A stretch of DNA of 64,000 nucleotides, taken from positions 224,001-288,000 of the forward strand of contig CAVVEU010000024.1 in the NCBI GenBank assembly GCA_963747235.1, in the 5' to 3' direction. Below, piece by piece: positions 10,113 through 19,899 of this stretch (its first letter is position 1; the number at the start of each line of letters is the position of its first letter). Origin of the DNA: an uncultured Candidatus Rokubacteria bacterium (GTDB lineage Bacteria > Methylomirabilota > Methylomirabilia > Rokubacteriales > CSP1-6). The notes below the pieces were generated by a model that saw nothing but the letters and a program-made list of their open reading frames with translations, made no database searches and was not told the DNA's origin. A program made the position numbers and the translations under genes.

Positions 10113-12008
10113 ATGAATCCGGCTCCGACGGGCGGTCTACGGCCCAGCCTGCGCTGGGTCATTCCGGCTCTCCTGCCTCTGGTGGTGGCTGCGGTGTTCC
10201 CCCTGGCCCTGCTCGGCAAGTTCCAGTGGGATGACTACCCCCTGCTGGTCGACAACCCTGCGTATCGTGGCCTCGCCTGGTCGAATCTGCGGTGGATGTT
10301 CTCGACGAATCTCATGGGCCACTACATGCCCGTCACCTGGATCACCTACGGGCTGGACTATCTCATCTGGGGTCTCGATCCGTTCGGCTACCACCTCACC
10401 AATCTCGCCCTGCACGCCGCCAATGCGATCCTGGTCTACGTCGTGGCGCTTCGCCTCTTCCGCGCCGCCTGGATTCGCTCCCCCGGGGATGGCGCGGATG
10501 TTCTGCGGATCGGCGCCGTGCTCGCGGCCCTGCTCTTCGGGGTCCATCCTCTGCGGGTCGAGTCGGTGGTGTGGATAACGGAGCGACTCGATCTGGCTTG
10601 TGGGTTCTTCTACCTGCTTGCGATTCTGATGTACCTGCGGAGTGTCGAAGCGGAGTCGACCGATGTCGGGCGGTCGCGCACGTACTACTGGGCGGCGGTG
10701 GCTGCATTCGTGCTGGCGCTGCTGTCGAAGTCGATGGCGGTCACGCTTCCGGTGGTCCTCCTGGTGCTCGATGCCTATCCGCTCCGGCGTCTTCGACCGG
10801 GAGTCCGCGGCTGGGCGACCCCCGGGCCGTGGCGCATCTGGCAGGAGAAGGTGCCCTTCGTGCTCGCGGCGGCGCTCGTCAGCGTCGTGGCGTTTCGGGT
10901 GCTCCTGAGCTTCGCGCCGGCGACGTCGTGGGAGCGCCTCGGTCCACTCGAGCGGGTTGCCGTTTCCGCCTACGCGCTTGCGTTCTACCTGCGAAAGACA
11001 CTGCTTCCGCTGGGGCTATCGCCACTCTACGAGCTGTTCCTGCCGGTGCGCCCCTTCGAGGGGCGCTTTCTCCTTAGTGGGGTGGTTGTTCTCCTCATCA
11101 CCGGAGCGGTCTTTGCCTTGAGGAAGCGATGGCCCGGTCTCCTGGCCGTCTGGATCAGCTACGGCGTGATGCTCTTTCCGGTGGTCGGAGTCTTTCACAA
11201 GGGCTATCAGATCGCGGCCGATCGGTACAGCTACTTGCCGGGTATCGGCTGGGCTCTGCTCGCCGGCGGTGCCGTGGTGCTCGCGTTGCGGAGGTTCCCG
11301 GGCGCCCGGCCCGGTCGCCGCGCGCTCGCGGTCATTCTCGTCTTCTCGACGGTTCCGTTGCTGGCGCTAGCGACGTGGAGACAGGTGAAGATCTGGGAAG
11401 ACGGCGTGAGCCTATGGCGTCACGCCGTCCGGATCGAGCCCACATCGCCGATCGCGGTGGCGAACCTCGGCTGGGAGCTTCGCGCTCGCGGGGACCTGGC
11501 CGAGGCGGTCGAGCAATGCCAGCGCGCCCTCCTGCTCAGGCCTGACTACGCGGACGCGCACCTGAATCTGGGACTCGCGATGGCCGCCCAGGGTAGGACC
11601 GCCGAGGCGGAACGGCATCTGCGCCGGGTGATCGAGCTCACACCCCGATCCATCCCGGCTCGATCCGGTCTCGGCTCCCTTCTGGAGGCGCAGGGGCGCC
11701 TGGACGAGGCTATTGCTTACTTTCGCGAGGCCCGCCAGATCGACCCGCGCTCGGCGAAGGCTCGCAACAACCTCGGGGTGGTCCTGGCGCGGAGCGGCCA
11801 GACCGGAGAGGCGCTGGCCGAGTTCTCCGAGGCGGTTCGGCTCGATCCGACCTTCGGCCAGGCGCAGAACAATCTCGGCCTGGCCCTGGCCCACCTGGGC
11901 AGGCTGAGCGAGGCGCGGGATCACTTCCTGGCGGCCATTCGCTCGGAGCCCGGGTTCGAGGAGGCGCATCGGAATCTCACGCAGACGCGGCGTCTCCTGG
12001 GGCGGTAG
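10113..12008 (+). CDS. TMTC-like GT-C glycosyltransferase with TPRs, paralogue 4 (intact, 631 aa)
   Basis: QWDD, GHYMPVTW, YHLTNLALH, HPLRVESVVWITERLD, LLSKS, ADRYSYLP, then several TPRs (AHLNLG, ARNNLG, AQNNLG). Confidence 0.85.
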   Translation: MNPAPTGGLRPSLRWVIPALLPLVVAAVFPLALLGKFQWDDYPLLVDNPAYRGLAWSNLRWMFSTNLMGHYMPVTWITYGLDYLIWGLDPFGYHLTNLALHAANAILVYVVALRLFRAAWIRSPGDGADVLRIGAVLAALLFGVHPLRVESVVWITERLDLACGFFYLLAILMYLRSVEAESTDVGRSRTYYWAAVAAFVLALLSKSMAVTLPVVLLVLDAYPLRRLRPGVRGWATPGPWRIWQEKVPFVLAAALVSVVAFRVLLSFAPATSWERLGPLERVAVSAYALAFYLRKTLLPLGLSPLYELFLPVRPFEGRFLLSGVVVLLITGAVFALRKRWPGLLAVWISYGVMLFPVVGVFHKGYQIAADRYSYLPGIGWALLAGGAVVLALRRFPGARPGRRALAVILVFSTVPLLALATWRQVKIWEDGVSLWRHAVRIEPTSPIAVANLGWELRARGDLAEAVEQCQRALLLRPDYADAHLNLGLAMAAQGRTAEAERHLRRVIELTPRSIPARSGLGSLLEAQGRLDEAIAYFREARQIDPRSAKARNNLGVVLARSGQTGEALAEFSEAVRLDPTFGQAQNNLGLALAHLGRLSEARDHFLAAIRSEPGFEEAHRNLTQTRRLLGR

Positions 12009-12016
12009 GCGAGGTC

Positions 12017-13099
12017 CTAGACAAGCTCCTTCAGAACGTCGAGCACGGCGTCCCTCGGCACGTCGGACACCACGCGGAACGACCCGATCTCGGGCGCTAA
12101 GACAAACGGGACCCGTCCGTCCCGGCTCTTCTTGTCACGCGACAACGCTTCGACCACGGCTGCCGGCTGGACCTGAATCCCGGCGACCGGCAGCCCGACC
12201 GCGGCGAGCAGGGACACCTGGCGCTTCGTCGCGGCCGGGCTACCGATCCCCAATCGCTCGGCCAGCCGAGCCTCCGCCGCGATGCCCAGTGAGACGGCCT
12301 CGCCATGAGTCCAGACTCGAAACCCGGTGGCAGCCTCGATGGCATGGCCGACGGTGTGGCCGTAGTTCAGCACCCATCGCAGCTCGGCTTCCTGTTCGTC
12401 CCGCTCCACGATCCCGGCTTTGAGCCGGCAGGATCCGGCCACCACCCGCTCGAGCGTCGTCAGGTCACGACCGACCAGCGCTTGAACGCTGGCCTCGAGA
12501 TCTTCGAAGTAGCCAGCGTCCAGCACGATCCCGTGCTTGATGACCTCGGCCAGCCCGGATCGGAACTCGCGCTCGGGCAGCGTGGCGAGCACGGCCGGAT
12601 CCACGAGGACCAGCCGGGGCTGATGGAAGGCGCCGATCAGGTTCTTGGCGCGCGGATGATCGATGGCCGTCTTGCCCCCGATCGACGCGTCCACCTGCGC
12701 CAGGAGTGTCGTGGGCACCTGGACGAAGTTCATGCCGCGCATGTAGGTGGCGGCGACGAAGCCCGAGAGATCCCCCACCGCTCCGCCACCCAGGGCCACC
12801 ACCGTGGAGCTCCGATCGCACCCTTCGTCCAGCAGCCGGTCCCACAGCCCCCGCGCCGTCTCGAGCACCTTGGCCTGCTCGCCCTCCGGGACGGAGAGGC
12901 GGATCAGATCGAAGCCGGCGCCGGAGAGGCTCCGCGCGACCGGCTCGCCGTGCAGCCGGTCGATCGCGGGATCGGTGATCAGGATCGCCTTGCGGCCGAC
13001 GCGCAGCTTGGCGAGCTCGGCCCCCACCGTGCCCAGGGCGCCGATGGCCACCAGGATCCGGTACGCGCGCGAGCCGAGATTGACGGGTATGTCGGTCAT
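12017..13099 (-). CDS. aroB: 3-dehydroquinate synthase
   Basis: ALGGGAVGDLSGFVAATYMRG, PTTLLAQVDASIGGKT, LNYGHTVGHAIE. Confidence 0.97.
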   Translation of the reverse strand: MTDIPVNLGSRAYRILVAIGALGTVGAELAKLRVGRKAILITDPAIDRLHGEPVARSLSGAGFDLIRLSVPEGEQAKVLETARGLWDRLLDEGCDRSSTVVALGGGAVGDLSGFVAATYMRGMNFVQVPTTLLAQVDASIGGKTAIDHPRAKNLIGAFHQPRLVLVDPAVLATLPEREFRSGLAEVIKHGIVLDAGYFEDLEASVQALVGRDLTTLERVVAGSCRLKAGIVERDEQEAELRWVLNYGHTVGHAIEAATGFRVWTHGEAVSLGIAAEARLAERLGIGSPAATKRQVSLLAAVGLPVAGIQVQPAAVVEALSRDKKSRDGRVPFVLAPEIGSFRVVSDVPRDAVLDVLKELV

Positions 13100-13148
13100 C
13101 GTCTTCGAGCTCAGAGGCCCCTGCGGCTGGCGGAAGCCAGGGGCAAGC

Positions 13149-14321
13149 CTACCAGTCTTTGAGGTAGTCCAGGTATCCCTGATAGTTGCGGCGGATCTCG
13201 TCCACGCTGTCCCCGCCGAACTTCTCGAGAAACGCCTCGGCCAGCACGATGGCCATCATGGCCTCGCCCACCACGCCGGCGGCGGGCACCGCGCAGACGT
13301 CGCTCCGCTCCACCACGGCTTCCACGGCTTCGCGCGTGTCGAGATCGACCGAGCGGAGGGGCTTGCGCAGGGTCGAGATCGGCTTCATCGCGGCCCGGAC
13401 GACCACCGGCTGGCCGTTGGTCACCCCGCCCTCGAGACCCCCCGCGCTGTTGGAGCCGCGGTGGAAGCCGGCCTCCTTGTCGAAGAGGATCTCGTCGTGG
13501 ACCTGGGATCCGGGGCGGCGCGCGGCCTCGAATCCGAGCCCGATCTCGGCTCCCTTGATCGCGTGGATCGAGCAGAACGCGCGGGCGAGCTGCCCGTCGA
13601 GCTTCCGGTCCCATTGCACGTAGGAGCCCAGGCCGACCGGGCACCCCAGGGCGACCACCTCGAACACTCCGCCGAGGGTGTCGCCGGCCGCCTTGGCCCG
13701 GTCGATGGCCTCGATCATCGCGGCCTCGGCGCCCGGATCCGCGCAGCGGACCTCGCTGGCCTCCGCGCGCCGCTGCACCTCGTCCCACGCGACCTCGAGC
13801 GGGCCGATCCGGATCCCGCCGATCTCCGTGACGTGGCTCAGGATCGTGATGCCGAACTCGCCGAGCAGACGCTTGGCGACTCCCGCCACCGCGACCCGGG
13901 CCGTCGTCTCGCGGGCGCTCGAGCGCTCGAGCACGTTGCGGATGTCATGGTGACCGTACTTCATCGCGCCCGCGAGGTCGGCGTGCCCCGGCCGCGGACG
14001 GGTGATCATCTTGGGGACGGCGCCCTCGGGCGGCGGGCCGACGGACATCGTCTGCTGCCAGTTCTCCCAGTCCCGGTTGCGGATGGTCAGCGTGAGCGGG
14101 CTGCCGAGCGTGAGACCCCACCGTACGCCGGCGGAGATGTGGGCCTGGTCCCGCTCGATCTTCATCCGGCCGCCGCGGCCGTAGCCGCGCTGGCGGCGGG
14201 CGAGATCGGCGTTGATGTCGGCTTCGGTAAGAGCCAGACCCGCCGGAAGTCCGTCGATGACGGCGGTCAGCGCCTCACCGTGGGACTCGCCGGCGGTGAG
14301 GAAACGCAGCCGCCCGCCCAC
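13149..14321 (-). CDS. aroC: Chorismate synthase
   Basis: [46 protein letters not shown]. Confidence 0.97.
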   Translation of the reverse strand: MGGRLRFLTAGESHGEALTAVIDGLPAGLALTEADINADLARRQRGYGRGGRMKIERDQAHISAGVRWGLTLGSPLTLTIRNRDWENWQQTMSVGPPPEGAVPKMITRPRPGHADLAGAMKYGHHDIRNVLERSSARETTARVAVAGVAKRLLGEFGITILSHVTEIGGIRIGPLEVAWDEVQRRAEASEVRCADPGAEAAMIEAIDRAKAAGDTLGGVFEVVALGCPVGLGSYVQWDRKLDGQLARAFCSIHAIKGAEIGLGFEAARRPGSQVHDEILFDKEAGFHRGSNSAGGLEGGVTNGQPVVVRAAMKPISTLRKPLRSVDLDTREAVEAVVERSDVCAVPAAGVVGEAMMAIVLAEAFLEKFGGDSVDEIRRNYQGYLDYLKDW

Positions 14322-16945
14322 CTACCTTCTGGGGGCGGCGGCCGGCACGCCGTCTGTCTTCAGGATCGAGGGCGTCATGAAGACGACCAGCTCACGACCG
14401 GTCTCGAAGTCCTCGCGCTGCTTGAACAGCCAGCCGAGGATCGGCACGTCGCCCATGAGGGGGACCTTGCGGACGGTCTTCTGCTGGACGTTCTGGGTGA
14501 CGCCGCCGATGACAAGCCGGTCGCCTTCGCGGACGAGGACCTGGGTCTCGGCCTTGCGCCGGTTGATGATCGGCACGCTCACGCCGGCCGCCGGGCTGAT
14601 CACGTCACCCCGCGAGTTGTTCTCCACGATCACCGTCATCTTGACCTTGCGAATCTCCTGGCCGTCGATGGTCTCACGGATCACTGTCGGCGTCACCTCG
14701 AGCTTCAGGACCGCTTCCTTGAACTGCACCTGGGTGCCCGCCGAGCTGACCGTGGCGTACGGGATTTCTTCACCAAGCGTGAAGGCGGCCTTGTTGTTCT
14801 CCACCGTGACGATCTCGGGGTGAGCCAGCGTGCGGGTTTTTCCGAGCGTGGCGAGGGCCTGGAGCGCCAGGTTGATGTTGAACTTGGTCCCGACGATGCC
14901 GAAGGCGATGCCTCCCGCCGGGGTGGTGGTGGACGCGTTCGGCAGCAGCGAGAACGGCAGGTTCACGAGGTTGCCACCCGTGGCGAGGCCGGTAGCGGCG
15001 GCCACCGGCAGCAGCGACCCGAGGGTCAGATTGGGGTTGACCGGGGTAAGGGCGCCCGGCGCGGCTGCGATGCCCGCTCGGCCGGGGTCCGTGCTCTGGA
15101 AGCCCTGGCCGATCAGCGTGTTGCCGCCGACGTTCCCGGCCGTGGCGCCACCCCACTGGACCCCGATGGCCTCGAGCGAGTTGCGGTCCAGGATCTCCAT
15201 CCGCGCCTCGATCTTGATCTGGGGCAGCGGCACGTCGAGTTGCTCACGGATGAGCTTCTTGAGCCGCTCGAGGTCGGCCTCGTAATGGCGAATGAAGAGA
15301 CTGTTCGTCGCCTTGTTGGCCCTGACCGTGATGCCCTTGGCCAGGACGTCCTGGCTGGGTGACACCGCGGGCTGCACCAGCGGCGGGAATGGGGCGTTGG
15401 TCTGCGGGAGGCCGCGCAGCTCCGGGTTGAGAGGCCCCGACCCTGAGGGGATCACGATCGGATTGGCCGGCACGCCCGGCACGAGCGGTGTGCCGGGCAC
15501 CTGCACACCCTCCGGCGGGATGCCGAGGATGCCCTGCAGGGTCAGCGCGACCTCGATCGGGTCGGCGTAGGAGAGGCGGATGACCTCCTCGCGGAGCGGA
15601 CCACGAGCCTGCGCCTCGGCAGCCGCCGCGTCAGCGGCGAGCTTCCGGGTGGCGAGCTCCGTCTCCTTGAGCTGCGCCTCGGCCATCTTGGTGCGCGTTT
15701 CGATCTCCGCGTTCCGCTTGGCCGCCTCGACCCGCGTGAGCGCTTCCTTTTCCTTGGTCAGCTGCTCGATCGACACGATGCGGATCACGCCTTCCCGCTC
15801 GACCTTCGCGAGGCCACGCACCTCGAGGATCGTATCCAGGGCCTGCTCCCAGGTCACGTTCTTCAGCGAGATGGACACGCGCCCCTTGACGTCGTCACCG
15901 GACACGATGTTCCGGCCGCTCTCCGCGGCCAGGATCCGCAGCAGGTTGACCACGTCGGCGTCCTTGAAATCCAGGGAGATCAGCTTTTCGCCGGACGCCG
16001 GCGTCGAGGCCGCGGGCGGCGGAGGCGGAGCGGGAGTGCTCGCCTGGGCCACCATCTGGCGGGCCGGGGCGGCCGCCACGGGGATCGTGGTCGTCTGCGC
16101 GAGCATCTGGCGAGCCGGGATCACCGGCGCCGCCGCTACCGCTGGGGCAGGCGGCGGCGTGACCGCGGCCACCGGTGGGACACGGACCGGCGCCGGAGGC
16201 TCCTTGCTCGCGGGCGTCGGGCTGACCGGGGCCGCCGCGGGCGCGGGCTTGTCCGCGGGCTTCGCCGCGGCGACTACGATGGGCTTGGGAGCGGGCTTGG
16301 GCGCCTCGACGGCGGCAACCACAGTCGGCTTGGGAGCGGCCTTCGGTGTCTCGACGGCGGCAACCACGGCCGGCTTGGGAGCGGCCTTGGCCGCGTCCGT
16401 GGCAGAGTCGGTGACGATGCTGGCCGGGGCCACCTTCTCGGCCGGCTTCACGGTGGCCATGACGGCCGGCTTCGGGGCGATCTTGGCCGTGTCCGACACG
16501 CCGGTGGTGACCTTGGCCGACTCGAGCTTGGTCTCCGGGGACCGCCCGTTCGAGTTCTCGATCGCGACGACGAGCCCCTCCGGGGTCTCGTCGATTCGGT
16601 AGCCGACGTCGGTACGGTTCATCTCCACGACCACCCGGGCCACGCCCTTGCGCCACTGGCTGCCGCGGACTTCCTTGACCGGGTCGACACCGGACATCCA
16701 GCGCGACTTGGAGGAGCTGTACGTCGCGCCGGAGAGTCGATGACGAGCCGGGTGGGGGAGTCGATGAGCTTCGCCTCGTACTGGGTCGGCCCGGAGGTCT
16801 TGACCGTGACCGCGGCTCCGTCGAAGGCCCGCTCGATGGTGACGTCCTTGAGCTGGACCGGCGTGTCGGTCGTCTGAGACGAGCCGATCCCGGTGACCGC
16901 CAGCGATACCGCCACGACGAGACCAGCTATCCGCGCGCTTCTCAT
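14322..16945 (-). CDS. pilQ: Type IV pilus secretin with N-terminal AMIN-like domain and Ala/Pro-rich linker (frameshift near 16735)
   Basis: Signal peptide and AMIN-like PTRLVID in ORF 16619..16966; ISLDFKDADV N0 domain, KVPLMGDVPILGWLFK and ELVVFMTP secretin motifs in ORF 14322..16697; follows pilMNOP. Confidence 0.9.
16282..16390 (-). repeat. About 2.5 copies of a 45-bp tandem repeat encoding KAAPKP(A/T/I)VVAAVE in the PilQ linker
   Basis: GGCTTGGGAGCGG recurs at about 45-bp intervals; the peptide repeat is visible in the translation. Confidence 0.75.
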
Positions 16946-16971
16946 CAGGTCAGTCCCCCCCCTCATACCGT

Positions 16972-17439
16972 CTAGTTCTCTGGCAGCCGCAGCGTCAGGC
17001 TGGAGGCGCTCTGCGAGCCCCGAGCCGTGACCGCGAACGTGACCGAGGTTGGCGTGATGCCGGTGACGCGCCCATCGCCCAATGCGTCGCCCGGCTTGAG
17101 AATGTAGCCGATGCCGTCCGGTGCCTCGACAAGGGCCATCAGCCCCCCTCGGCCCCCGACGACCCCGGTAAGCTTCACGGCGCTGACGGAGAGGCCCGCG
17201 TTGTCCTTGCCCACGAAGATCGGGGTGAACGGGTCGCGTCGGCCCTTCGGCTCGTAGGCGATCGGCGGCAGGGCCTTGCTCGTCTCCGGCTCCTTCGGCC
17301 GCACCACCGGTGCCGCGGCGACGGGCGCCGCGGGTGCCACTGCCACGGGCGGTGGCGGAGGCGTCCCGCCTCCGCAGCCTGCCGCCATCGTGGCCACGAC
17401 ACCGACTATGACGACCAGCCCCGACGTGCCGTGCTTCAT
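16972..17439 (-). CDS. pilP: Type IV pilus lipoprotein PilP
   Basis: Lipobox AAGC, YEPKGRRDPF, ALVEAPDGIGYILKPGD; position between pilO and pilQ. Confidence 0.85.
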   Translation of the reverse strand: MKHGTSGLVVIVGVVATMAAGCGGGTPPPPPVAVAPAAPVAAAPVVRPKEPETSKALPPIAYEPKGRRDPFTPIFVGKDNAGLSVSAVKLTGVVGGRGGLMALVEAPDGIGYILKPGDALGDGRVTGITPTSVTFAVTARGSQSASSLTLRLPEN

Positions 17440-18044
17440 CGACCGGCCCCCGGCTGGCCCGGCTGCGGCTTGGGCGGTGGCGCTCCCTCCGGCCGGAAGA
17501 TATAGGTCATCAGCGTGACCTCCGCCCGGATCGTTCCGGTCGGCCGGTCGATGCCGAGCAGCCGCCAGTCGTTCAGGTTCACGATCCGAGGCATCTTGCC
17601 CATTCGAGCCAGGAAGTTACCGAACTGATGGAAGGTGCCCTCGGCGTTCACCGTGATCGGCACGTCGAAGAAGATTTCCTTCTCCTCGGGGGTCCGAGGG
17701 GTGAACACCGCCATGGCCAGTCCCGACTGGAAGGCCAGATCCGAGATCTGCCGGTACAGACCCGGCATCTCCTTCTCGGTGGGCAGGCGCTCCTGGGCGG
17801 CCTCGAGGCGCTTGCGCAGAGCTTCGGCCTGGGCCCGGAAGCCGCGGAGACTGGCCTCCAGCGCCTGGGCCTGCGTCAACTCGGCGCGGACCTGCTCGCC
17901 CTGCGACCGCAGGGCATCCCGCTCGATCTGCTTGGGAGACAGCAGCAGGAAATAGCCCAGTGCCGCGACGATCACGCAGAGGGTGACCCCCAGCGCGATC
18001 TTCTGGTTCTTCGGAGCGTTGGTGATGGGATCCAGGAGGGCCAT
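17436..18044 (-). CDS. pilO: Type IV pilus assembly protein PilO
   Basis: Single TM, coiled coil, LPTEKEMPGL, GTFHQFGNFL...PRIVN. Confidence 0.9.
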   Translation of the reverse strand: MALLDPITNAPKNQKIALGVTLCVIVAALGYFLLLSPKQIERDALRSQGEQVRAELTQAQALEASLRGFRAQAEALRKRLEAAQERLPTEKEMPGLYRQISDLAFQSGLAMAVFTPRTPEEKEIFFDVPITVNAEGTFHQFGNFLARMGKMPRIVNLNDWRLLGIDRPTGTIRAEVTLMTYIFRPEGAPPPKPQPGQPGAGR

Positions 18045-18048
18045 CGGC

Positions 18049-18603
18049 CTAGATCTCGAACCGGCACGACACCTCGAAGGTGATCGTGCGAGGTGACTTG
18101 CTCAGGTCTTGCTTGGCGTCGAGCAGATCCACGTCCTTGAAGCGGCCGGAGGCCTTCAGGTTGGCCATGAAGTCCGAGAGAGCGACCGACGAGTAGGTGG
18201 TGCCCGCGATCCGCAGGCTCGGCCCCCGCTCTTCCAGACGGGTCAGCCAAAGGTCGGGAGGCAGGGTGTCCGCCATGGCGTCCAGGAGGTAGACCGGCCG
18301 GGCCTGGTTGCGGGCCACGGTCTCGATGGCGTTGAGCCGGCGCTCCAGCTCGTCCCGCTCGCGGCGATACCGCTGGCCGGCCGCGATGATGGGCTTGAGC
18401 CGCTCGAGCTCGCGTCGGTTGTTCTCGATCTCGGCGGTGAGCCGGCGGCTTTCCAGCGACATGCTGAGCCACCAGCCGCCGATGATCAGCACGAGAACGG
18501 CCAGGATCCCACCAAACAGCAGGCTGAGATTGATCTCGGCGCCGCTGCTGGCCGCTCGGCGCGGCCGCTTGGTCGTGGGAGGGGCGAGGTTGACCTTGAT
18601 CAT
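18049..18603 (-). CDS. pilN: Type IV pilus assembly protein PilN
   Basis: MIKVNLAP (INLLP-like), TM, coiled coil, LPPDLWLT, FMANLKAS; true start ATG 18603 overlaps the pilM stop. Confidence 0.9.
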   Translation of the reverse strand: MIKVNLAPPTTKRPRRAASSGAEINLSLLFGGILAVLVLIIGGWWLSMSLESRRLTAEIENNRRELERLKPIIAAGQRYRRERDELERRLNAIETVARNQARPVYLLDAMADTLPPDLWLTRLEERGPSLRIAGTTYSSVALSDFMANLKASGRFKDVDLLDAKQDLSKSPRTITFEVSCRFEI

Positions 18604-19661
18604 GCGGGCTTGTCTCCCGGGCGGCGAAGAGCGAGTCCGACCGCCACCGCCAGCACGGGGCCGATCTGCTCCGGATCCTCGTCGGCGAACTGGGCCGCGT
18701 CGTGCTCGATGCCCTGGAACGGTCGAGCGAGCTCGACCGGGACACCCCAGGACGAGCCCAGGAAGTCGTCGAGGCCGGTCAGCTTCGCGCAGCCCCCTGA
18801 CAGGACGATCTTGCCGATCCTCTCGGATTCCGCCGTCGATGCGAAGTAGTCGAAGGTCCGCTGGACCTCGAGCGACAGCTCCCGGGAGACGGCTTCCAGG
18901 GCGGGCACGAGATCGTCCCAATTCACGCCGACCTCGCGTCCCTGCTTGGCCGCCTCCGCCATCTCGACCGAGACGCTCAGGCGCTGGGCGATGGCGTCCG
19001 TATAGTTGTTGCCCCCGAACGGGACGTCGCGGGCGAAGATGCACGCCCCGCCCTGGATGACGTTGGTCTTCATGACGCTGGCGCCGATGTCGATGAGCGC
19101 GACCGCATCGGTCCCGTCACCGGCACTGCTCAGCTCGAACTGGTTCTGGATCGCGAACGCGTCCAGGTCCACCACGACCGCGTCCAGGCCGGCCGCTTCG
19201 ACCGCGGCCACGTACTCGAGAACCTTGACCTTCTTGGTCGCCACCAGGACCACCGACATGGCGTTGGCCGACTGGCTGACCACCTGGTAGTCGAGGAAGA
19301 CGTCGTCGATGGCGAAGGGGATGTGGTGCTCCGCCTCGAGCTGGATGGCGTCTCCCAGCTCCTTCGCGGTCACCTTGGGCAGCGGCACGCGCTTGACGAT
19401 CGCCTCGCGTCCGGAGACCGAGATGATCGTGCTCGTCCCGGTGATCCCCGCCTTCTCGACGCATTCTCGGATCGCGTCGGTCACCACCTGAGGCTCCCGG
19501 ATGGTGCCCTCGGCGATGACGTCCCGCGGAAGCGGGACCATGGCGAATGATTTGAGCGCGAGCCCGCCCTTGCTCTGGACGAGTTCTACAACCTTGATCG
19601 CGCTCGTACCGATGTCGAGCCCAAATGTCGTGGGCTTCTTGCCTAGTCCAAACAGCGCCAT
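18600..19661 (-). CDS. pilM: Type IV pilus assembly protein PilM
   Basis: GLDIGTSAIKVVEL, EAEHHIPF, IDIGASV, LSGGCA, AVAVGLALR actin-like fold motifs. Confidence 0.95.
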   Translation of the reverse strand: MALFGLGKKPTTFGLDIGTSAIKVVELVQSKGGLALKSFAMVPLPRDVIAEGTIREPQVVTDAIRECVEKAGITGTSTIISVSGREAIVKRVPLPKVTAKELGDAIQLEAEHHIPFAIDDVFLDYQVVSQSANAMSVVLVATKKVKVLEYVAAVEAAGLDAVVVDLDAFAIQNQFELSSAGDGTDAVALIDIGASVMKTNVIQGGACIFARDVPFGGNNYTDAIAQRLSVSVEMAEAAKQGREVGVNWDDLVPALEAVSRELSLEVQRTFDYFASTAESERIGKIVLSGGCAKLTGLDDFLGSSWGVPVELARPFQGIEHDAAQFADEDPEQIGPVLAVAVGLALRRPGDKPA

Positions 19662-19758
19662 ATTCGGCTCCCGGCCTTCTCCTGACTCTGACTCCACTTC
19701 ACTGAAGAAGCGAATCAGCTGTCAGCCCGGTGCGTTGTGGAAGGAAACTCTATCGTGG

Positions 19759-19794
19759 TGACAGTTTATAACGGTGCGGCATTTAAACTGTCAA
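19759..19794 (-). promoter_or_regulatory. sigma70 promoter TTGACA-N18-TATAAA for pilMNOPQ, overlapped by a perfect 10-bp inverted repeat
   Basis: TGACAGTTTA (19759-19768) and TAAACTGTCA (19784-19793). Confidence 0.7.
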
Positions 19795-19899
19795 CACTTC
19801 TTGCGCTACGGCGTGCGTTTCCGTGTTTCGCCGACCCCGACCGGTGGGGTTTCCGCCTGCACGAAGACCATCGGCGTGTGTTCCGTTCGGAACAGGCGC

